DNA of 64,000 nucleotides from a virus: IMG/VR virus record IMGVR_UViG_3300031965_000004, positions 30,430 to 94,429 of that record; one strand, 5' to 3'. Shown piece by piece: positions 58,106 to 64,000 of this stretch (position 1 is its first letter; each line of letters starts with the position of its first letter). The notes under the pieces were generated by a model. It saw only the letters and a program-made list of their open reading frames with translations, ran no database searches and was not told where the DNA came from. The position numbers and the translations under genes were made by a program.

Positions 58106-58133
58106 CGAGCAGCCCCCCGAAAGGGGCTGCTCG
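58106..58133. terminator. strong hairpin immediately 5' of the tRNA
   Basis: CGAGCAGCCCC-CCGAAA-GGGGCTGCTCG. Confidence 0.55.
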
Positions 58134-58137
58134 GGGG

Positions 58138-59166
58138 CTACGCGAGGGGGACGTGGGCCTCGGCGTCGAGGCCCGCCCGGCGCCACCGGATCTGCGCGAA
58201 TCTGCGCGGATTCACGCGGCCCGTGTCCCTCTCGTCGCACTCCTCGTAGGGATCGGGGAGCCCGTCGTCCCAGACGACGACGGGGACGACCTTCGCTCGC
58301 TCGGGGGCGCGCTCGCGCGCGTCGCGGAGCACCACGAACTCCTCGTCGCTGAGTTGCTCGAGCTCCTCCCAGTCCGCGAACTCGGGCTCGGGCTCGAAGT
58401 ATCCCGCCGACGCGCGAGCGACAGCCGCGAGATACGCGAACCACTCGTCGTCGCTCGCGTAGCCCGCCTCGCGGCGCTCGCGGAGCGCGGACGGCAGGCG
58501 CGAGGTCAGTTCCGCCAGCTCCGCCTTCTCCGCCTCGCGCGCCGCCTGCCAGGCCGGGTAGTCCGTGGCCCGCAGGTCGGCCTCGGCCGCCTCGAGGAGC
58601 CGCCGACGCTCAGACTTGATCTCGTCCAGGCGCTCCGCCACGCGCGCCTGGACGTCCGACGACCCCGCCCGGGGGGTGTGGTAGGGAGCGCGCGGGACCG
58701 TCACACGGCGCCTCACGACCCCCTGATAGTCGTGATCCACCAGGGAGCCGTCCGCCCTGAGGTTGACCGTGACGACCTCGGTCCCGGCTCCGTCCGCGAG
58801 GAATTTCGCGGCCTCGGCGTCCCGTCGCGCCACGTCCTCCGCGCGCTTGGCGGCGAGGCGAGTGGCGACCACGGCGCGCTCGGCGAGGATGGCGTCAAGC
58901 GCCTCGATGAGGCCGTCGACGCCGGGGCGTCGCAGCGTCAGCGGCGAGGTCCGCTCGTCGCCATGGGGAGCGTCGAGGATCCGGTCCGGATGCCCGGCGA
59001 GGCACCCGCCGCGCGCGTCGTGGCCATTCTTGATGAGCACCGCGAGGGTATCCCTGTGGGGTTGTGAAAGTGCGGCCGGATCGACGTCGATCCGCGCGCT
59101 CGAGGTCGGCGCGTCGAACCCCCGACGCAGCGCCTCCGCCTGGTTGATGTTGACGAGAATTTCCAT
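58138..59166 (-). CDS. hypothetical protein
   Basis: MEILVNINQAEALRRG...; AGGA RBS. Confidence 0.6.
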   Translation of the reverse strand: MEILVNINQAEALRRGFDAPTSSARIDVDPAALSQPHRDTLAVLIKNGHDARGGCLAGHPDRILDAPHGDERTSPLTLRRPGVDGLIEALDAILAERAVVATRLAAKRAEDVARRDAEAAKFLADGAGTEVVTVNLRADGSLVDHDYQGVVRRRVTVPRAPYHTPRAGSSDVQARVAERLDEIKSERRRLLEAAEADLRATDYPAWQAAREAEKAELAELTSRLPSALRERREAGYASDDEWFAYLAAVARASAGYFEPEPEFADWEELEQLSDEEFVVLRDARERAPERAKVVPVVVWDDGLPDPYEECDERDTGRVNPRRFAQIRWRRAGLDAEAHVPLA

Positions 59167-59349
59167 GGGTATGTCCTGTGTGCCCCAAGTGAACGACTCG
59201 GCGTGGGGCGTCGTGTGCCCGACTCGCGGTTGCCCGTGGAGTCTACCGGCGGCCTCCGACACCCAGCGGCGTGCGGCCGAAGTTTTCTTAGACGTTTCCC
59301 CTAACTCCAATCGCCCCAACGCATTACGTGGCCTAGCGGATCGCGAGGG

Positions 59350-59630
59350 CTAGCGGAGCTGAGGGGAGGGAGGGAGCCCTGCGCAGGCCGTCCGAAACGA
59401 GGGGCTCGGGAAGGGGGGGGCTGGGAGGGAGAGAGCCCGAGGGAGGGGGAGGGGGGCGGGAGGGCGTGCGGGGTCCCCGAAACGAGGGGGCCGGGAGGGG
59501 GCGCGAGGGAGGGCAGGGGGAGGGGGCCCCCGAAACGAGGGCCCCGAAGGGGGTGCAGGGGCAGGGGGGGGGGCGCGAGAGAGAGAGAGGGAGGGGAGCC
59601 CTGGGGCGTGCGCGGGGAGGGAGGGGGCCT
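59350..59630. repeat. non-coding G/purine-skewed tract with three CCGAAACGAGGG repeats
   Basis: Motif at 59392, 59477 and 59530; many G-runs. Confidence 0.6.
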
Positions 59631-59632
59631 CC

Positions 59633-60211
59633 TTACACCGTGCCCCAGCAGAGGACGAGGGCCATGTGCTCCGCCTGCCAGGCTTCTTCCGCCGCCTCCG
59701 CCGCCGTCGCCGCCGCCACCGCCGCCACCGCCGCCACCGCCGCACTCGCCGCCCACGCCGCCCACCACGCCGCCTCCACCGCCCACGCCGCCCCCGCCGC
59801 CTCCGCCGCCGCCCTCGCCGCCCACGCCTCCGCCGCCCTCGCCGCCGCCGCCGCCGCTACGTGGTCGGGGCAAGGACAGGCGACCCACGCTCGGGCGGCG
59901 GCGATTGCGCCGCGGCCTTCGGGCCCCTGTGGAACCCGGTCCGCGAAGTCAGCAGCCAGCGTAACCAGCAGCCGCTGGTCCAGGCCCACAAAGCGCAGCG
60001 CCACGCGGGCTCTCGGCCAGTTTGTCGCGTAGGGGGGCACGTCGAGCCGCGCCGGCTCCGTGGCCAGAAGCGCCGGCTCGTAGCCGAGGAAGGCAGCCAC
60101 CGCCACCCTATGCTCGTCTAGCTCGCCCGTCCGTATCCGGTGTCGGAGGACCTGTGCAGCGTCCTCCGACGACTGGCCCCGTTCGTAACCGCGCGTCCGT
60201 GCATCGCTCAT
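59633..60211 (-). CDS. Ala-rich Imm5-like family paralogue
   Basis: Near-identical to 36674-37288. Confidence 0.7.
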   Translation of the reverse strand: MSDARTRGYERGQSSEDAAQVLRHRIRTGELDEHRVAVAAFLGYEPALLATEPARLDVPPYATNWPRARVALRFVGLDQRLLVTLAADFADRVPQGPEGRGAIAAARAWVACPCPDHVAAAAAARAAEAWAARAAAEAAGAAWAVEAAWWAAWAASAAVAAVAAVAAATAAEAAEEAWQAEHMALVLCWGTV

Positions 60212-60777
60212 GCAAGCAACCGATTCGCGAGGTCGGCAAAGACCTCGTGCCAGTTGACCACGCCGGAGCGCACGGCTGCCGCCGACGCCCACGCCGCCGA
60301 CGCCTCCCGCATCGCTGGCACCGCCGTCGCCGCCGCCGCCGTCCACGCCGCCGCCTCCGCCGCCGCCGCATCTCGCGCCGCCCACGCCGCCTCCGCCAGT
60401 TCCACCGCCTCCGTCGCCGCCTGCGTCGCCGCCTGCCGATGCTCCTCACACGGACAGTCCGCCCATGCCCTCGCCGCCGCAATCGCGTTCGCAGGCCGCA
60501 GGTCGTCCCCGTGAGTGGCGGCTCTGACGACGACGGCGGCCAAATCCGCCGCCCAGCGAACTGCCTCGACGTGGCTCAGTAGCCTTACACCAGGCTCCGT
60601 CCGCTCCCTTGGGTCCGCAGGCAGCTCCGCAGGCTCGACCACCTGTAGCGCGACCGGGTGCCCGAGCGCCGCGGCGTAGGCCACGCGCTCCCGGTCGATC
60701 TCGCCGAAGCGAAGCCGCCAGGCTAAGGCAGCAACGGGGTCGTATCGCTCGGCGTGTCGGTGTGAGCGGTCGCTCAT
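60208..60777 (-). CDS. Ala-rich Imm5-like family paralogue
   Basis: Paralogue of 35994-36677. Confidence 0.7.
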   Translation of the reverse strand: MSDRSHRHAERYDPVAALAWRLRFGEIDRERVAYAAALGHPVALQVVEPAELPADPRERTEPGVRLLSHVEAVRWAADLAAVVVRAATHGDDLRPANAIAAARAWADCPCEEHRQAATQAATEAVELAEAAWAARDAAAAEAAAWTAAAATAVPAMREASAAWASAAAVRSGVVNWHEVFADLANRLLA

Positions 60778-61004
60778 TCAGGGCGAGGATCGGGAGTCGG
60801 ATCAGGCAACTCCTCTTCGATCGCCACCTTCGCTGCGGCAACCTTACAGAGCTGCGTCCGTAGCTTTCCCGTGCCTGGAGCCTTGGCCGCCTCTTCGACG
60901 ACCCGGCCGATCAACAGCCGGGTGCGCGCGCGCTCGGCCGCCAACCCCTCTGGGATTTGATAAGTCGAGGGAGGAGGGAGGGGCGGCAGTGGCGGCAAGG
61001 GCAT
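60774..61004 (-). CDS. hypothetical protein
   Basis: Coupled ORF. Confidence 0.45.
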   Translation of the reverse strand: MPLPPLPPLPPPSTYQIPEGLAAERARTRLLIGRVVEEAAKAPGTGKLRTQLCKVAAAKVAIEEELPDPTPDPRPE

Positions 61005-61009
61005 GGGAT

Positions 61010-61267
61010 TTACTCCTCGCCTAGCAGGTCCGCTAGGCTGTCGTTCACGCGCCCGAGGAGCTGCTTCTGTTCCTCATGGAGGGCTTCGATCCGTGCTTCG
61101 TAACGCGAACGCTCGCTCGCGAGGACCCCCTCGTAATGCGCGCGCTCAGACGTGATCGTCTCCTCTAGCTTGGCAATCCGAAGCCAGAGGAACCAGATCG
61201 CGACTCCTAGCAGTATACCGACCGGGCCCCCCGCGGCTGCAAGGGCATTGATTACGAAGGTGTCCAC
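61010..61267 (-). CDS. holin-like membrane protein
   Basis: N-terminal TM (GPVGILLGVAIWFLW) followed by a charged coiled coil. Confidence 0.5.
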   Translation of the reverse strand: MDTFVINALAAAGGPVGILLGVAIWFLWLRIAKLEETITSERAHYEGVLASERSRYEARIEALHEEQKQLLGRVNDSLADLLGEE

Positions 61268-61306
61268 AGATCCTCTTTCGGTCTCTTGGCGACAGGTTTC
61301 AGCGGA

Positions 61307-61561
61307 CTAACGCCGGGCCCTGGACCGACGCTTTCTCGGCGGCCCATTCCGGCGCCGCGGCAACTGCTTCTTGTTGAGCGCTTGGTAGAGACTGATCCCG
61401 CCAACGATCGCGAGCGCCAAGACGCCAGCCTTCACGAGGGGGTTGGCCATGGCCTGGTCGACGCCAGCTCCGAGACCTGCGAGGGACAGGTCAGGCCGTT
61501 GGTGGCCGAGCGAAGCAGCTAGGGGGTAGTTCATTTCGGGCTCCAGTTGAACTTGAGCCAC
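61307..61561 (-). CDS. small C-terminally anchored membrane protein (LAGLG motif)
   Basis: LSLAGLG, ANP, TM, basic tail; start may be the ATG near 61534. Confidence 0.55.
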   Translation of the reverse strand: MAQVQLEPEMNYPLAASLGHQRPDLSLAGLGAGVDQAMANPLVKAGVLALAIVGGISLYQALNKKQLPRRRNGPPRKRRSRARR

Positions 61562-62472
61562 TCGAGCTCGGCGTCCAGGTCGATTTGGTCGGCTGCGGCG
61601 AGCAGCATGGGGATCTTCTCGTAGGCCGCCAGGTCAACGTCTTCGCTGAGCACCGGTTGCAGTCGGTGGTAGCGGGCACCGAGCATGCCTCGAGCGGCGA
61701 AGTGACTCGCGGAGACAGATCCGTCGAACAACACCTTCAACAAGAGGTGCGGCTTCTTCACGAGCCACTGCCGGATCCCCCAATCGAGGGCCTTCTTGCC
61801 CTCGGCCAGAAGCTCCTCGAGCGGAGCCAGCGGCGGAGCGCCAGCCCCCAGCGAAAACAGGCTGATCTCTTCGAGCGAGACGCCGAGTTTCGTCTGGGCG
61901 AACCCAATCGCTCGATCGGCCGGGTTGTTCGCGAACACGCCCCCGTCGACCATGGCCCGGACCGCGCCTTCGCCGTTGACGTGCCCGGCGAAGTTCTCGC
62001 GGACGACGTGAACGGGTAGGTAGGTCGGAGCTGCCGACGTGGCAAGAGCCGCGTCGACGCACGACCAATCGTCGCTTCGATCGAGGAACTTGGGCCGGAA
62101 CCGGGTCAGGTCGAACGTCGGCAGAAGGACCTCGCGCTCGAGGTCGGGCAGGCGCATGTCGCCGAAGACGCCAACGAGGAGCTCGCGCAGCACGTCCTGG
62201 CTGTAGTTGGCGCGGAAGTATTCGTCCACCCCACTGATCCGGTCCAGAACGTCTCGGGCGCCAAAGATTCGCGAGGAGTGGTCACGGTAGAAGGCGACGC
62301 AATCGTCCAGGGGGACGTTGGCAGCCAGCGCCAGCGCCAGGATCCCACCCGTGCTCGTGCCTGCGAAGAGGTCCACGTCAGCGAGGAAGGGGTGCGCGGC
62401 CTCGAGCCGTTGCGTGATCCGGCCTTCCGACGCGCCCTTCACTCCGCCACCGTCTAGGCTGTAGATCCTCAT
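61531..62472 (-). CDS. patatin-like phospholipase
   Basis: SLDGGGVKG, GTSTGG (nucleophile), ATSAAPTY, DGGVFANNP. Confidence 0.92.
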   Translation of the reverse strand: MRIYSLDGGGVKGASEGRITQRLEAAHPFLADVDLFAGTSTGGILALALAANVPLDDCVAFYRDHSSRIFGARDVLDRISGVDEYFRANYSQDVLRELLVGVFGDMRLPDLEREVLLPTFDLTRFRPKFLDRSDDWSCVDAALATSAAPTYLPVHVVRENFAGHVNGEGAVRAMVDGGVFANNPADRAIGFAQTKLGVSLEEISLFSLGAGAPPLAPLEELLAEGKKALDWGIRQWLVKKPHLLLKVLFDGSVSASHFAARGMLGARYHRLQPVLSEDVDLAAYEKIPMLLAAADQIDLDAELEWLKFNWSPK

Positions 62473-62479
62473 ACAGCCG

Positions 62480-62507
62480 ATTCTGTCACTGGTGGGCGAG
62501 GTAGCGC
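62480..62507 (-). promoter_or_regulatory. putative virus-specific promoter GCGCTAC-N15-CAGAAT
   Basis: Minus strand, ending 7 nt before the patatin ATG. Confidence 0.5.
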
Positions 62508-62542
62508 CACCGCTTAGAAGGGGACGGGCTCCACAACCTCGC

Positions 62543-63094
62543 TCATGCCAGCAACCGCTCCGCGAGGCTGGCGCAGACCTCGGCCCAGGTGAGCACGCCG
62601 GAGCGCACGGCTGCCAACGCCGCCCACGCCGCCCCCGCCCCCGCCTCCGCCTCCGCAGCCCACGCCGCCGCCAACGCCGCCTCCCGCGCCGGTCCCCACG
62701 TCGCCCACGCCGCCTCTTCCGCCTCCGCCGCGGCGGCATCCGCCGCCGCCATGTGCTCCTGGCAGGGACAGGCGACCCACGCGCGACCCGCAGCGATTGC
62801 CCGAGCGGGTCGCGTGTCGGTCGCGTCTATCCAGGCGTGCGCGACTGCCAGTTCAGCTAGGTCCGCCGCCCACCGACCGGCTTCTACGGGCCCGAGCAGT
62901 CGCGCGGCGTGTTCGGCCAACGGACCTGGCCTGGCAGGCAGATCCGTTGGATTGGCCACCTGTAGCGCGACCTCGTGGCCGAGCGCTGCCGCGCAGGCCA
63001 CGCGCTCCAAGCTGATCTCGTCCATGCGAATCCGCCAGACTAAGGCAGCGACGGGATCGAATCGTTCAGCACGGCGGTAGGAGCGGTCGGCCAT
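62543..63094 (-). CDS. Ala-rich Imm5-like family paralogue
   Basis: MADRSYRRAERFDP...WAADLAE...AIAAGRAWVACPC. Confidence 0.7.
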   Translation of the reverse strand: MADRSYRRAERFDPVAALVWRIRMDEISLERVACAAALGHEVALQVANPTDLPARPGPLAEHAARLLGPVEAGRWAADLAELAVAHAWIDATDTRPARAIAAGRAWVACPCQEHMAAADAAAAEAEEAAWATWGPAREAALAAAWAAEAEAGAGAAWAALAAVRSGVLTWAEVCASLAERLLA

Positions 63095-63114
63095 GCGAGC
63101 AACCTTTCTGCTGC

Positions 63115-63963
63115 CTAGAAGGGGCAGGGTTCCAGTTCGTCCGACGACTCGTGGGGGATCTCAGCGACCAAGGCGGGCGTCGGCACGTAGACCGGACTCC
63201 CCGAGTCGGTCGTGAGCAGGACTTGCGCGCGCAGGACCTCACTCACGATCCCCGCAAACTCGATCCCAGCGTAGCGGGCGACCCACCGCTGCCCGGGGCG
63301 TGGCGTCGCCGCCAGAGGGGCGGGAGCTCGAGGCGCCGGGCGGACGACCGGAGCCACGACGGGCGGCGGAGGGGCAATGCGCGGGATCCGGGTCGCTTGC
63401 GCCGGGCCCGGAAGCCCGATCGTCCGGCGCGGCGCCGGCAGGTCAAGGAGCACGGCCCGGAAGGCTTCGTCCGAGTCGTCGTTGATCTCGAGCGAGTGGC
63501 GGACGACAGCCTTGACGCGATCCACCTGGGCCCGAGACAGGGCCCCCTCGTTGAGCTTGGCCAGGATCGTGCAAGCCGCTCCTTGCACGTCTCCGACCCG
63601 TTGTTCCCACTCGCGAGCAGCCCCGCGACCCCCCGCGACGGCCGGTCGCGCCGGCCCGAACCGGCGCGGGGGGCGCATACCGACAGGGGCGGGGGTCACG
63701 ACCGGCGAGGGGAGGGGTCGAGAAACAGGCGGGCGGGCCGCGGGAGGGAACGGGGGGAGAGGGCGCCGAGGGGGTGCCGCAGCCACGCGCGCCCTCAGGC
63801 CGGGGAGCTCCGTCTTGACCTCGCCGGGGGGGGCTGGCGGGCGAGTTGGGCGAGGACGGGGGGCAGTCGGCCGAGGCGCGGGCGGGCGGGGGATCCGCCC
63901 CGTCGGCCGACCCGCCCCCCCCTGAGGAGCGCCCGGGGGGGCGGGGACGACTGCGGGCAACAA
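63115..63963 (-). CDS. Pro-rich protein, probably continuing beyond the window
   Basis: Open frame; C-terminal RPGQRWVARY SH3-like beta segment. Confidence 0.5.
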   Translation of the reverse strand: MLPAVVPAPPGAPQGGAGRPTGRIPRPPAPRPTAPRPRPTRPPAPPGEVKTELPGLRARVAAAPPRRPLPPFPPAARPPVSRPLPSPVVTPAPVGMRPPRRFGPARPAVAGGRGAAREWEQRVGDVQGAACTILAKLNEGALSRAQVDRVKAVVRHSLEINDDSDEAFRAVLLDLPAPRRTIGLPGPAQATRIPRIAPPPPVVAPVVRPAPRAPAPLAATPRPGQRWVARYAGIEFAGIVSEVLRAQVLLTTDSGSPVYVPTPALVAEIPHESSDELEPCPF

Positions 63964-64000
63964 GGTGTGTGTGGGCGCGGGGCGCGGAGGGGCCGGAGGG

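Noticed and set aside
59390-59545. Hammerhead ribozyme (CGAAAC motifs)
   Set aside because: No CUGANGA core or required stems found

Overview
GC-rich, gene-dense window with no cellular housekeeping genes; it reads as part of a large virus genome (at least 64 kb) rather than a chromosome. About 5.3-33.8 kb (+ strand) is a virion module of a tailless, probably membrane-containing (Varidnaviria-like) virus. It holds a transglutaminase-fold cysteine protease, about a dozen small C-terminally anchored proteins sharing a G-[LMI]-G motif, 'NP'-punctuated proteins, a K/R-rich core protein, three candidate jelly-roll capsid proteins (one visibly a tandem duplication) and a 1646-aa modular spike. No terminase, portal, HK97 capsid, tail genes or packaging ATPase are recognisable here. 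The main finding is at about 51.2-54.7 kb (- strand): a ~636-aa Cas12m-like (type V-U1/V-M, TnpB-derived) RuvC protein with an apparently intact D-E-D triad, flanked on BOTH sides by CRISPR-like arrays (8 and 10 repeats). Most repeats are sequence-diverged but keep their stem and have very short spacers. Solitary copies of the same repeat occur at 35.9, 45.4 and 51.2 kb, and no cas1/cas2 is present. Also seen: a DpdA/TGT-like fragment, a LAGLIDADG-Mom-like fusion, dNMP kinase, a nucleoside deoxyribosyltransferase-like protein, dual-specificity phosphatase, kinase-like domain, DnaJ domain, patatin, serine recombinase, tRNA-Arg(UCU), six paralogues of an Ala-rich family, and a recurrent GCGCTAC-N15-TAGGNT promoter-like motif. 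All family calls come from motif recognition by eye; no database searches were run.
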